Source of the DNA: Candidatus Heimdallarchaeum aukensis
GTDB lineage: Archaea; Asgardarchaeota; Heimdallarchaeia; Heimdallarchaeales; Heimdallarchaeaceae
Assembly: GCA_021513695.1 (NCBI GenBank)
Contig: CP084166.1
Location: 288,001-352,000, forward strand
DNA: 64,000 bases
Direction: 5' to 3'
Positions 49,181-59,693 of this stretch are shown one piece after another (the stretch's first letter is position 1; each line of letters starts with the position of its first letter). Both the position numbers and the translations under genes were made by a program. The notes under the pieces are model-generated. The model was given only the letters and a program-made list of their open reading frames with translations. It had not been told where the DNA came from and ran no database searches.

Positions 49181-51190
49181 ATGAATAGTGAATTAATACA
49201 GATTGAAGATTATTATAAAATTAAGAAGATCAACAAAGTTCTTTTTTCATCTGATAAAAAGATTATTTTTGAAGAACAAAAGGTTTTGAAGAAAAAAAAT
49301 GACTATTCTACTACTTTTTATCTTATTGATGAAAATAATAAAGCTAGACAATTCTCTTTAGGAATGGATAAAGATTATTCTATGAAATTTAACTCCTCAA
49401 AGAATGAAATGGCTTTTCTTTCTATTAGAGGAGAAAAAAAGGCAAAACCTCAAATATTTCTTATTCGTATGGATGGAGGAGAAGCTATAAAACTAACTTC
49501 TGTTCCTAATGGTGTTCAATTTTTCAACTGGTCACTTGATGACAAAAAAATTGTTTTTCTTCATAGAATTAATAAACAAGAGGAAGAAGAGGAAAACAAG
49601 AAAAAAGAAAATAAAAAAGAAAAAGATAAAGACGAAATAGAAGAGAAAGTTATCAATTTAATAAAAGAGGAGAAAGAGAAAAAGAAAGTTGATCCACGTA
49701 TAGTAAAGAAAATTGTTTATAGAAAAGGAACAAATTATTTAGATGATAGATATTCTCATATTTACATTTTTGATATAGAAACAAAGAAAATAGAGCGTGT
49801 GACTTCTGGTGATTTTGATTACTTTTCTCCTGTATTAGGAGACAAAATCATTTATGCAGTAAAACATAAAGTACAAAATAATCTTAATGATTCTACAACT
49901 TTTTCTATTGTGAAAATAGATTTAGAAAGTAGAAAAGAAATTGAAATAAAAGAAGTTTATGGATGGTCTGTAAATTTAGCTCTTACAAAAGATTTGAATT
50001 GGTTAGTCTACAATTGTTCTCTTGAAAAAGAAGGTATTTCTAGACAAAATATGGATTTAAAGGCTTTTAATTTGGAGACTATGGAAGAAACATGGATAAC
50101 AGAACAAATTGATAACCATGCTTTTAATTTTAAAATCAAAGGAAATTATGTTTACTTTGTTTCTGATTCTTGGGAAATTCATGAACTTTGGAGATATGAT
50201 CTGGAAAATAAGAAATTAGAAAAAATTCTAACAGATAATTTTATGATTTATGATTATGATGTAGAACTTGAAAACAACCAAGTAGTAATAAATGCATCTA
50301 AAGAAGATGAGATTTCTTCACTGATAATTTACGATTTAAGCAAAAAGAACCAAAAAACGATTTATAAATCAAATGAGGATTGGTTAAAAGACAAAAAACT
50401 CGCTAAACATGAAGAGATTAGGTATAAAGGATACAATAATAAAGAGATTCAAGGATGGATAGTCAAACCTCCAAATTTCGATGAAAACAAGAAATATCCA
50501 GTTATTTTAGAGATACATGGAGGACCTTCAGCTACATGGTCTCCACATGAAAGAACTATGTGGCACGAATTTCAATCTTTTGCTTCAATGGGTTATGTAA
50601 TATTTTATTGCAACCCTAGAGGAAGTAGTGGTCGAGGACTAGAATACAGAAATGTAAAAGGAAATTGGGGAGAAGAACCTTCAACTGACATCCTACGTGG
50701 ATTTAATTTAGTTTTAGAAAAAACATATGTAGATAAAGATAATGCATTCATTACAGGAGGAAGTTATGGAGGTTACATGACAGCTTGGATTATAGGTCAT
50801 GATAACAGGTTTCAAGCTGCAGTTCCCCAAAGAGGAGTATATAATTTAGTAAGTTTCTGGAGTACTACAGATATCACCCAGTTTACAAAAGAGCAAATGG
50901 GTTATTATCCTTGGGAAAACATGGAACTGCTTTGGAAGCAATCTCCTATAGCATATGTTGAAGATATAAAGACACCAACAAGAATAATACATTCAGAGAA
51001 CGATTTTAGAGTACCAATCTCGCAAGGAGAAGAACTTTTTGCTTCTTTACTCAAATTAGGTGTAGAAACAGAATTGATCCGTTATCCAAAAGAGGGACAC
51101 GAACTTTCTCGTTCAGGGATGCCAAAACACATTGAAGATAGATTGAATAAAATAATTGAATGGTTTGAAAAACACAAGAACAAAAAATAA
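49181..51190 (+). CDS. S9-family serine peptidase (acylaminoacyl-peptidase / prolyl-oligopeptidase-like) with an N-terminal beta-propeller and a K/E-rich low-complexity insert.
   Basis: The catalytic Ser nucleophile elbow GGSYGGYMT (GxSxGG), plus downstream Asp and His motifs (ENDFRVP, EGHEL). The insert is QEEEEENKKKENKKEKDKDEIEEK. Confidence 0.8.
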   Translation: MNSELIQIEDYYKIKKINKVLFSSDKKIIFEEQKVLKKKNDYSTTFYLIDENNKARQFSLGMDKDYSMKFNSSKNEMAFLSIRGEKKAKPQIFLIRMDGGEAIKLTSVPNGVQFFNWSLDDKKIVFLHRINKQEEEEENKKKENKKEKDKDEIEEKVINLIKEEKEKKKVDPRIVKKIVYRKGTNYLDDRYSHIYIFDIETKKIERVTSGDFDYFSPVLGDKIIYAVKHKVQNNLNDSTTFSIVKIDLESRKEIEIKEVYGWSVNLALTKDLNWLVYNCSLEKEGISRQNMDLKAFNLETMEETWITEQIDNHAFNFKIKGNYVYFVSDSWEIHELWRYDLENKKLEKILTDNFMIYDYDVELENNQVVINASKEDEISSLIIYDLSKKNQKTIYKSNEDWLKDKKLAKHEEIRYKGYNNKEIQGWIVKPPNFDENKKYPVILEIHGGPSATWSPHERTMWHEFQSFASMGYVIFYCNPRGSSGRGLEYRNVKGNWGEEPSTDILRGFNLVLEKTYVDKDNAFITGGSYGGYMTAWIIGHDNRFQAAVPQRGVYNLVSFWSTTDITQFTKEQMGYYPWENMELLWKQSPIAYVEDIKTPTRIIHSENDFRVPISQGEELFASLLKLGVETELIRYPKEGHELSRSGMPKHIEDRLNKIIEWFEKHKNKK

Positions 51191-51228
51191 TCCTCTTTTT
51201 TTTGTAAAAAAAATAAAATGGAAAAAGG

Positions 51229-54200
51229 TTAGTTTCTTTTTCTCTTTCTTAAAACTACAATTGGAATAAGTAATGTCAGTGCTGAAATGTACAACAAGTC
51301 TATAGATCCAACTCTTCTTGTTTTGTCTTGTCCACCAGTGTATATGTCTGCACCTGCACTTGATCCTGTTGAGGTAGAAGCTCCGTAATCTTCCCAATTA
51401 CTTGATTCAGCTTCTTGTGAAGAACCATCTAAAGCTTGGAAAACTTGAAGTGATTCCATTCCTCCTTCCTTATCTCCTTCAAGCTCGTTTTCAAATCTGC
51501 TATCATAAATTATTTCAGCTGCAGGGATGTAACAACCGTCAGATGTTAAGAATAACCAGTGCATTGTTAATGTAACTGAGTCTCCAGGATAAAGTGTTAT
51601 TCCTTCGACTCTAATGTAACCCATTCCAAAGTAAGTTCCGTTAGAAATACTGCCTTTTGTTGTCGTCTTGGATAACAATGAAAGTTCTGTTAGGTTATAG
51701 AATTGTGTGATAGTTATATGCGTTTCAGCATCTCCTACGTTCGTAATTGTAAGAGTTACTTCAATTTCCCAAGGTGCATTTTCAGGAATGATAATTTCTA
51801 CGCTTGTTTCAATATCAAGTACTGGTTGTGGGAAAGCAGGTCTACGTTCATTGGTTCGTGGTATCAATAAAGCCCAATCCATGTTGGATAAAACCCATTC
51901 ATGAGTTTGAGCAGCACCTTCAAATTCTGCTGTAATATTGGGTTCCCAGAAATTATAAACTGGAAGAGCTTCTTGTCCATAATCACTGTCAAATTCTACA
52001 ACAGCATAAACAGGATGAATACCCAAGAATGAGTTAGCATCTACTTGTACCTCAAAGTTATATTGAGTACCATTTTCAATTGTACCTATTTCTTCATAAT
52101 AGAACAAGTCAGGATCTTCAATTTGCCAATCATTACCCATTCTACCATGGAATAGATAAAGTTTGACATTTTCAGCGTTAATATCTCCCGTGTTTCTAAT
52201 ATAACCTGTAATAGTTACTGGGTCTCCAACTTTGTAACTTGTTTGGTTTAATTCTACATGTGCGTTAATGACAGCTTCATCGTCAGCAAGCTGGAAGTTT
52301 ATACCGTTACTGAAACCAAAGTACTCAAATCCTTCAGGGTCTTGATATCTAAATCTGGCTCCAACAGATAACCAAACATCAGCTTCTTCGTCATAGTAGC
52401 TAATCGGACGACCATAAGCTAGCTGTCCTGCATCATCAGCGAAACCAAGTATCATTTGCATCATTTCTAAATAGTTATGCTTTCGAGTAATCAGTTTTAC
52501 ACCATCAGAACCCTCTAGTTCTTCTCCTCTCATAACACCAAATTCCATACTTTGAGAGGTAACATTTTCTAGAGCCCAACTCAAATGAACAGTTTCATTT
52601 GGCGCAAGGCTGGGTATAACTGCTTCAAGGAAGTATTCTGTATGTTCTTGTCCCACAGGTCCTACAGTTCTTTCAATATATTCAAAGTCTTGTAAATTAG
52701 GATCAAAAAGTGTTTGCTCCTCATAGAGTGTTGCTTGTATTGCTACTACTGAATAAGCAATACCTGTCCATAAAGCTTCTCCATAATCGTTTATTAAGCT
52801 ATCAAGATCTTCTGCGATAATATAATCTGTTAGGTCAATTTGACTTAAGTAGTAGGCAACTAGAAACGTTAAGATTGTGTTTAAACCAGTTTCAGATTTT
52901 AGAGTTGCATTTACAGTTATTGAACCAGTTCCAGGAATTCCAAATGGAGTTGTATCAAATTCTTTGTAATCAAAATTAACTATTTGCTCTGTTGCGCTTT
53001 CGTTCCAGAAAGATAATTGACCATCAGTAATATTTCTGTACCATCCATCGAAAACTAAGACAGTTACATTGACATAAAAGTCTTCTAATCCTTCTAAAGA
53101 ACCACCAAAATCAATTAGTAAAGTAGCATTAGTTTTGCTGTAAAATTCTTCATCAATTGTAACATCATCTCTTAATTTGTAGATGGTTGGACTATTAACT
53201 ATCATATCAATAAAGTCAGGACCTAAAGGATAGCTTATAGTTATATTTTCTGCAGTTTCAGTTCCTGTGTTAGTTACTTCATAATTCATCTGAAGAATTC
53301 CGTCTTCATTCAATAATTCTTGATCATAATCCATGTTAACGCTTACTCTTGGTGAAGAAGCTAATTCTGCTTGGTTCATAGTATAAACTACTTCAAAATT
53401 ACCTGTCATATCTCTCAATTTCCATGGTACTTGCATTATCCAGTCCATTTTTCCTGAAATTTGTGGTGCAACATTGTTAGGTGTTGGTGTGATAGATGAA
53501 GCGTTTATCAAATATGGGAATCTGAATTTAAGAATACTATATTTAGTTACTCCTAGTTTATCATACACCTCTAAATCTGCTCCAAACAAATTATTTGTAG
53601 AAAGTGTATATTCTCCGTTTTCTTCAACTATGGCGCCAGGATCAACATAATAGATTCCTCTAAAGTAAGTAGCTGAACGAAAATCTTCGCCAATAAAGAC
53701 TGCCTTAACAGGAGATCCAGAAACATCAGTTGTTTCAATAGCTGAAGCATAACCGCTAGTTATGTCTCCTTTGATCTCATCTGTCAGAAGTTCTATTTGT
53801 TCATCTGTTGAACCACTTGAAAAGACATATAAATAGTCTCCCTTTTCTGTTGAAGATGCTCCAGCCCAATGTAATTCTAAATTGTAATGCTCATCAAATA
53901 GTTGAGCTATCCTTAAAGATTGATTAAGACTTCCATCTGTTCCTAAAGAACCATCAATTTCAAGCAAAAGAGTAGCATTATCAGGAGCTCTGAAAGGTCT
54001 TCTCAGTAGATAATCAGCGTATTCTGTTTGATCGCTAAGAATGAAAGCCCAACTGAGGACATCCTCAAATTCGCTAGATGATACTTTTAGAGGGTTAGTT
54101 CCTCCTAAAAGACTGAGTTTGACTAGTGCAGAGCTTTCAATTCCTGCTATTATTTTCATTTCTTCAATGAATAGCTCTCTGTCCATTCCTGTACTTCCAA

Positions 54201-54300
54201 ATCCAGAAGAAGAATAAACAAGAGCTTGTGTTGTTGAACTACTAACAACAAGTAACATAATTGGTAAAACTACCAAAAATAATGTCGCTTTTTTTTTCAT
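51229..54300 (-). CDS. Large acidic secreted cell-surface protein (1,023 aa) with a signal peptide and a C-terminal TM anchor plus basic tail. It is a possible S-layer or surface-array protein and contains CARDB-like segments.
   Basis: N-terminal MKKKATLFLVVLPIMLLVVSSSTTQA. C-terminal IDLLYISALTLLIPIVVLRKRKRN. The CARDB-like stretch is VTITGYIRNTGDINAENVKLYLF. Confidence 0.5.
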   Translation of the reverse strand: MKKKATLFLVVLPIMLLVVSSSTTQALVYSSSGFGSTGMDRELFIEEMKIIAGIESSALVKLSLLGGTNPLKVSSSEFEDVLSWAFILSDQTEYADYLLRRPFRAPDNATLLLEIDGSLGTDGSLNQSLRIAQLFDEHYNLELHWAGASSTEKGDYLYVFSSGSTDEQIELLTDEIKGDITSGYASAIETTDVSGSPVKAVFIGEDFRSATYFRGIYYVDPGAIVEENGEYTLSTNNLFGADLEVYDKLGVTKYSILKFRFPYLINASSITPTPNNVAPQISGKMDWIMQVPWKLRDMTGNFEVVYTMNQAELASSPRVSVNMDYDQELLNEDGILQMNYEVTNTGTETAENITISYPLGPDFIDMIVNSPTIYKLRDDVTIDEEFYSKTNATLLIDFGGSLEGLEDFYVNVTVLVFDGWYRNITDGQLSFWNESATEQIVNFDYKEFDTTPFGIPGTGSITVNATLKSETGLNTILTFLVAYYLSQIDLTDYIIAEDLDSLINDYGEALWTGIAYSVVAIQATLYEEQTLFDPNLQDFEYIERTVGPVGQEHTEYFLEAVIPSLAPNETVHLSWALENVTSQSMEFGVMRGEELEGSDGVKLITRKHNYLEMMQMILGFADDAGQLAYGRPISYYDEEADVWLSVGARFRYQDPEGFEYFGFSNGINFQLADDEAVINAHVELNQTSYKVGDPVTITGYIRNTGDINAENVKLYLFHGRMGNDWQIEDPDLFYYEEIGTIENGTQYNFEVQVDANSFLGIHPVYAVVEFDSDYGQEALPVYNFWEPNITAEFEGAAQTHEWVLSNMDWALLIPRTNERRPAFPQPVLDIETSVEIIIPENAPWEIEVTLTITNVGDAETHITITQFYNLTELSLLSKTTTKGSISNGTYFGMGYIRVEGITLYPGDSVTLTMHWLFLTSDGCYIPAAEIIYDSRFENELEGDKEGGMESLQVFQALDGSSQEAESSNWEDYGASTSTGSSAGADIYTGGQDKTRRVGSIDLLYISALTLLIPIVVLRKRKRN

Positions 54301-54568
54301 TTTTTATATATCCTCCAAAAATGTCTAAGAACCTTTATTATAATTTATTTTAAGACTTCTTTTAGTCTTAACTAGAAATTTTATTATTCGAGAAAATTCG
54401 AACTATAATTAAAAAACGTGAAAGAGCATTTTTTTGAAGGTTTTTTGCCTTACTCAAATAGATTACAAAAACTATCTTTTTGCATTCTCTAACTACATTC
54501 TAGAAATTTTCACTTTTGTGAAGATAAATTTTATAAAAGAGTAATATAGGCATTTATTTCACTTTACG

Positions 54569-55801
54569 GTGAATAGTATGAATAAAAAAATAGTTGTTTT
54601 TAAAATAATGTTATTAATTATACTATCAACTACTTTGGCTTCTATAAATTCTAACGCTGCACAGATTGATGATATACAAGCAGAAGTAGAGTTGAGTTCG
54701 ATGCAAGAAACAAACAATAACCAAAAAGAAATAACATTAGCTGATGATGGAACAAACAACCTTAACTATAACGGATTAGTGCCTGGAGATATTATCTTAC
54801 TCGGAACAGAAGGAACATTCTTTGATTATCTAATACCCGGAGAATTTAGTCATACTGAAATATTCTGCGGTTTTGTACAACCTGGGGAATATATTTGGGA
54901 TAGAGATAATCACGAATGGATGGCACCAGGAACTCCTTATGTTATTCATTCTACTAAAAGTGACAATGCTGGAAATGGAATAGGCTATTCTACATGGTCG
55001 GTAGGTGTAAACGAACATGCTGAAAATGCTGTAGCTATTAGAGTTAAAGGATTAACTGATAGTCAAAGACAACAAGCTGTTAACTGGATGAAAAGTTTTG
55101 CAGGCGATGGAACAAATCCTGAAGCTTATCCCTATGACTGGGGATGGACTTCAAAACAAATTTATGGTACAAATAGCATATCTGGAGTAAATGGATGGTA
55201 TTGTTCAGAACTTGCCTGGGCAGCATACAAAGACCTTTTTGGAATCGATCTTGATCCAGATGGTGATTCATGGAGTTGGACAACAGCCTATGGAGTAAGT
55301 CCAAGTGATTTATTCGAAGACAGCGACACTGAAGTAGTTATAACAGATGATTGGTCTGCAGAAGATTGCTATTATGTGAAAATCAATTTAGTGGGTATTT
55401 ATTATGAAGATGATTACGATCCATGGCCAAAAGGTGCAGGAGAAGAATATGTGAAATGGTTTGTCGGAGATGGATGGGGTGGAAGTGGATATGTGGTTAA
55501 TAATTTCTACGGAACAGTAAAAAGAGATGGAAGTGGATATATTTACTGGAAGGTAAATCTCGCTAATGTCCTTATTCCAAAAACTCATCCATTAAAAATA
55601 CGTGTAGAAGCTTGGGAAGAAGATAGTTGGCCTGATTCAGATGATCAATACCCTGTTTTCAATTGGTGGACTGACTATATGTTAGATTTTGTTAATACCG
55701 GTTGGTGGTGGTGGAACTACGTCGATTTAGGTGATGCTCGTTATTGTATAGAATTTAGTATAAGTACATCTCCAATTGGTACAAGTCCTAATGGTGTTTA
55801 G
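54569..55801 (+). CDS. Secreted protein with a circularly permuted papain-like (NlpC/P60 superfamily, YaeF/YiiX C92-like) amidase domain plus a Trp-rich C-terminal domain.
   Basis: Signal peptide MNKKIVVFKIMLLIILSTTLASINSNAA. Permuted motifs GDIILLG, then HTEIF, then WYCSELAWAAY. C-terminal WWTDYML..GWWWWNY. Confidence 0.4.
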   Translation: MNSMNKKIVVFKIMLLIILSTTLASINSNAAQIDDIQAEVELSSMQETNNNQKEITLADDGTNNLNYNGLVPGDIILLGTEGTFFDYLIPGEFSHTEIFCGFVQPGEYIWDRDNHEWMAPGTPYVIHSTKSDNAGNGIGYSTWSVGVNEHAENAVAIRVKGLTDSQRQQAVNWMKSFAGDGTNPEAYPYDWGWTSKQIYGTNSISGVNGWYCSELAWAAYKDLFGIDLDPDGDSWSWTTAYGVSPSDLFEDSDTEVVITDDWSAEDCYYVKINLVGIYYEDDYDPWPKGAGEEYVKWFVGDGWGGSGYVVNNFYGTVKRDGSGYIYWKVNLANVLIPKTHPLKIRVEAWEEDSWPDSDDQYPVFNWWTDYMLDFVNTGWWWWNYVDLGDARYCIEFSISTSPIGTSPNGV

Positions 55802-55880
55802 AAAACAATTTTCTAAAATTTCTTTTTTCCTTTTATTCTTTTTTTTGATAAAATTTAATAAATAGCATAATACTGCAAAA

Positions 55881-57368
55881 TTGATGTTTCCAAAAGAAAA
55901 AATAGAAGATGAACAAGAAAACAACTTTGATAAAACAGATGCAGAAAAATTAGAATTTATCAGTTCTCAAGAAAATAAAGAACTTGTTTCTGATTCTGCA
56001 AAACTTAAAGTAAAACGAATAATCTCAATAGACGCTTTACGAGGAGGAGCAGTTGTAGGAATGATTTTTGTTCATTCTCTAATGCGTATCTACGATTATA
56101 CTTGGATTTCTAAGAATCCAGAAGTAATAAGCTCTTTACCTTTATGGTTGATTGTAATAATTGCAATTATGGGCTATTTAGGAATGTGGATTTCATTCTT
56201 TATCTTTTTATCCAGTATAGTTAATTCTTACAATATGACAATAAAAACCACTAAAGACAAAAAACCTTGGAAACAGCTAAAAAATCAGCTTTTTGCAGGT
56301 TTTACAATCCTATGCGTTTCTTATTTAAGAGAAGCATTAATAGGTTATTATGGTATTTTTGGACGTATTATTAGATACGGAAAAGTAACTAGTTTTTCCA
56401 TTCTGTTTGATGCTCTCTACATAATGAAACCTTTGAGTGCTATTGGGTGGTCAGTTATTATTGGAAGTTTAATTCATGCTTTTTTATTAATGAATAAAGG
56501 ATATGAAAAGAAATATCGTAATTTAATTATTTATTTATTATTGTTTATTATTGCTGTCTCTATTACCCCATTTGTTTATGATTGGGGTGTTAAAGTAGCA
56601 TCTAGTGGAAAGATAAATTTTAGCTATATTTTGGCTAGTTTTATCAGTGGAACTGTTGGAGGAGATACAGATCCCTTGTTACCCTATTTAGGAACAGTTT
56701 TTGTAGGTAACTCAATTGGAATGTTTCTTGCACAAAAAGAACCTCCCAAAAGACTTCCTTTAATTGGAAGTTTTTTTGCACTTTTCTTAGTTATTGTTTC
56801 TATAATCATGATAATACTCGGTGTCGCAGTTAATTTTCCAAACACAATATTTAGAAAACCTCCTGAAGTTCCCATATATTTGTTTCTACTTTCAGGTCAA
56901 ATAGGATTAACTATGTTTTTGTTGCGTTTCGTAGAATATGAGGGTAAAATGGTAAAGTTCGGGAATAATTGGTTAATAAAAAAACTGAGACTATGGTCAA
57001 TGGTTTCATTAACACTCTTTGTGCTGGATGTTTATGATTTTGTACCAAGAGCATTTCTCTCTTTGATTTTAATACCTTTCAAAATAGATTTGCTACGTGA
57101 TCACATATTCAGGGGTATAACTGGTTTTTATTATACTATTTCAATTGCTGTGTTTAATGTATTATGGTTTGATTTTACTTTAAAGCTTTGGTCAAGGTAT
57201 AATTTTGTTGGAAGCTTTGAATGGATGATAATTAAATTACAAAAAATTATTCTTAAAAAGAGAACGACAAAACTTGATGTTACATTTATCTTTTCTAATA
57301 AAGAATGGTATGGAAAGGAAACTGTAGAAAGACAACAATCAACCAACTTTGTATCACAAATAGAATAA
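55881..57368 (+). CDS. Polytopic membrane protein, possibly a DUF1624/HGSNAT-like acyltransferase.
   Basis: RIISIDALRGGAVVGMIFVHS resembles the conserved N-terminal motif of DUF1624-family proteins. About 10 TM helices. Confidence 0.35.
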   Translation: MMFPKEKIEDEQENNFDKTDAEKLEFISSQENKELVSDSAKLKVKRIISIDALRGGAVVGMIFVHSLMRIYDYTWISKNPEVISSLPLWLIVIIAIMGYLGMWISFFIFLSSIVNSYNMTIKTTKDKKPWKQLKNQLFAGFTILCVSYLREALIGYYGIFGRIIRYGKVTSFSILFDALYIMKPLSAIGWSVIIGSLIHAFLLMNKGYEKKYRNLIIYLLLFIIAVSITPFVYDWGVKVASSGKINFSYILASFISGTVGGDTDPLLPYLGTVFVGNSIGMFLAQKEPPKRLPLIGSFFALFLVIVSIIMIILGVAVNFPNTIFRKPPEVPIYLFLLSGQIGLTMFLLRFVEYEGKMVKFGNNWLIKKLRLWSMVSLTLFVLDVYDFVPRAFLSLILIPFKIDLLRDHIFRGITGFYYTISIAVFNVLWFDFTLKLWSRYNFVGSFEWMIIKLQKIILKKRTTKLDVTFIFSNKEWYGKETVERQQSTNFVSQIE

Positions 57369-57537
57369 TGTATTAATTAATTAGAATCGAATTGTTAATA
57401 CTCTAATTCTTACAATGGTTAGAACTCTTTTGATTTCAAATAGATCTAAAAAGTAATATCTATCTTTTGCTTGAAAATCAGATATTGAGATATCTTAAAT
57501 CATAAATAATTCATTTATAGGTAAAAGAATTTAGATA

Positions 57538-57960
57538 TTAAAAAATTATATTCAGAAGTTCAATGAATAGATCTTTTGAAAACTCTTGATTTACTACTGG
57601 AAAAGCAAAAACCCATTTTCCAGATTTTTCTAAACGAATTATCCTTGACTCAGATAAAATTTTTAGGTGATGTGAAACAGTAGATTGAGAAAGTTCTAGA
57701 AGAAACTCTATTTCACAAGAGCATCTAACTCCTGACATAATTAATTGAAGTATTGCTAGCCTAGTTTTGCTCCCTAAAGCTTTGAATACTTTTTCATATT
57801 CTAATACACTTCTTTCATTTATAAAATTACAAATCATGTCTTTTAGTTCTTTCAGTTTTTTTAGTCTATCTTCTTCTGTCTCAGGTATAATGCCAATTTC
57901 GGTTAGTTCACTTAATTTATTCTTAAGTTCTGTATCTGTTTTTTTATTGTAATTTTTCAT
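57538..57960 (-). CDS. arsR: ArsR/SmtB-family metalloregulatory transcription factor with an N-terminal coiled-coil extension.
   Basis: HTH region FKALGSKTRLAILQLIMSGVRCSCEIEFLLELSQSTVSHHLKIL, with a CxC metal site before the recognition helix. Confidence 0.75.
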   Translation of the reverse strand: MKNYNKKTDTELKNKLSELTEIGIIPETEEDRLKKLKELKDMICNFINERSVLEYEKVFKALGSKTRLAILQLIMSGVRCSCEIEFLLELSQSTVSHHLKILSESRIIRLEKSGKWVFAFPVVNQEFSKDLFIELLNIIF

Positions 57961-58142
57961 GATTTTAACCTTTGATTGCTATAATTGAAAATTGTACTTT
58001 TTAAATAAATATCTTTTCTATTTCAACCTTTTTCTGTTTTTTCATTTTTTAATTTGCTTTAAGCTTATTTTATCTCTTTTTAGCTTGATTATAACTAAGT
58101 ATGCTGCGATATATTTAAATACATCTATTTGAACAACCGCGT

Positions 58143-59174
58143 ATGAGTAGAAAAAATTTAGGACTATTAGATAAATATTTACCTATTTGGATAGGTTTAA
58201 CTATGGTTTTTGGAGTAATGTTAGGAAAATTTGCTCCTAAAGTAGCAGAAATAATAGACAGTGTTAAAATAGATACAGTATCTGTACCCATTGCTATAGG
58301 GCTTTTATGGATGATGTATCCTGTTTTAGCAAAAGTCAATTATGAAAAAATCCCCCAAGTGACAAGAGATTGGAAAGTATTTACTTATTCGATAATTCTT
58401 AACTGGGCAGTGGGACCATTTCTAATGTATGGGCTAGCAAAATTATTTTTGTCTAATTATCCAGAATATCAAATAGGTCTAATTATTGTTGGAATAGCTC
58501 GATGCATTGCAATGGTTCTTATCTGGAATTTACTTGCAGAAGGAGATAACGAAAAAGCAGCTATACTAGTTGCCCTAAATTCAGTTATGCAGATTTTCTT
58601 ATATTCCGTTTATGCTTATTTTCTAATTGGAACGCATATAAACATAACAATGTGGGATATTGCTAAAAATGTTCTAATTTATTTAGGTATTCCACTTTTA
58701 GCAGGTTTCTTAACTAGATTTATTCTCATTCGAGTAAAAGATCAAGAGTGGTATGACAATAAATTTATGCCTAAATTGTCTCCAACAGCAATGATTGGGC
58801 TACTCTTTACAATTGTCGTTATGTTTGCTATGCAAGGAGAGACTATAGTAGATAATCCTTTAGACATTCTAATTATAGCTGTTCCTTTAACTTTATACTT
58901 TCTAATAATGTTCTTGGCTAGCATTTTTTCTTCCAAACTCCTAGGCTTTAAATATAAAGACAGTGTCACAATCTCTTTTACAGCAGCAAGTAACAATTTC
59001 GAATTAGCTATTGCTGTTGCAGTAGGGTTATTTACTATTACATCAAAACAAGCTTTAGCAACAACTGTTGGACCTTTAATTGAAGTTCCTGTGTTATTAT
59101 CTCTTGTTTATTTTGCTAAATGGTCTAAGAGTTGGTTGTTCAAAGAAAAAGATGTATTAAATAAAAGTAAATGA
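58143..59174 (+). CDS. acr3: Arsenite efflux permease, ACR3 family.
   Basis: N-terminal LGLLDKYLPIWIGLTMVFGVMLGKFAP, typical of Acr3 (LSFLDRYLTxWI..). Ten TM helices, 343 aa. Confidence 0.8.
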   Translation: MSRKNLGLLDKYLPIWIGLTMVFGVMLGKFAPKVAEIIDSVKIDTVSVPIAIGLLWMMYPVLAKVNYEKIPQVTRDWKVFTYSIILNWAVGPFLMYGLAKLFLSNYPEYQIGLIIVGIARCIAMVLIWNLLAEGDNEKAAILVALNSVMQIFLYSVYAYFLIGTHINITMWDIAKNVLIYLGIPLLAGFLTRFILIRVKDQEWYDNKFMPKLSPTAMIGLLFTIVVMFAMQGETIVDNPLDILIIAVPLTLYFLIMFLASIFSSKLLGFKYKDSVTISFTAASNNFELAIAVAVGLFTITSKQALATTVGPLIEVPVLLSLVYFAKWSKSWLFKEKDVLNKSK

Positions 59175-59246
59175 AATTGTTAATTTTACTTTTTTGTCTT
59201 TTTTTAAAAGCAAACCTATTTATAGGATTTTATTTCAAAAATATTT

Positions 59247-59687
59247 ATGTCTGAGAAACTTATTATTGAATTAGAAGAACTGCTTATTCCGTATGCTCTT
59301 GAAAGATTTAGTTTTCAGAATAATCCCGCTGCTCAAATGATTGCATCAAATCCTCTTTTTAAATCAATGATTAAGAAGACTCTAACTCAAGCTGAGAACT
59401 ATATATCTGAATTTGTTAGTTGGCTCTGCAAAGCATTTGTAAGAGTTATTGTGAGTACAGATAGTTCAATTAAATTATCTGACATTGCTTCAGTTATTTT
59501 AGCTGAATCTTATTTAATGATGGATCTTCCTCCGTATGGGTATGTCAGTTCATCAAAAGATGGAGACAAATCTGATGCAAAAGTAATGGTTGAAATAGAG
59601 GTGCATAGATGGTTTGTCTTTCTTGAAAACGAAGGTAAATTACCTGGAAGATACAATCGATTTACAGGTATTTACTCTACTAATTAA
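59247..59687 (+). CDS. Hypothetical protein, 146 aa. It is not ArsC or ArsD-like.
   Basis: The ORF sits between acr3 and the methyltransferase. No CX5R motif or paired-Cys motifs. Confidence 0.4.
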   Translation: MSEKLIIELEELLIPYALERFSFQNNPAAQMIASNPLFKSMIKKTLTQAENYISEFVSWLCKAFVRVIVSTDSSIKLSDIASVILAESYLMMDLPPYGYVSSSKDGDKSDAKVMVEIEVHRWFVFLENEGKLPGRYNRFTGIYSTN

Positions 59688-59693
59688 CCATTT

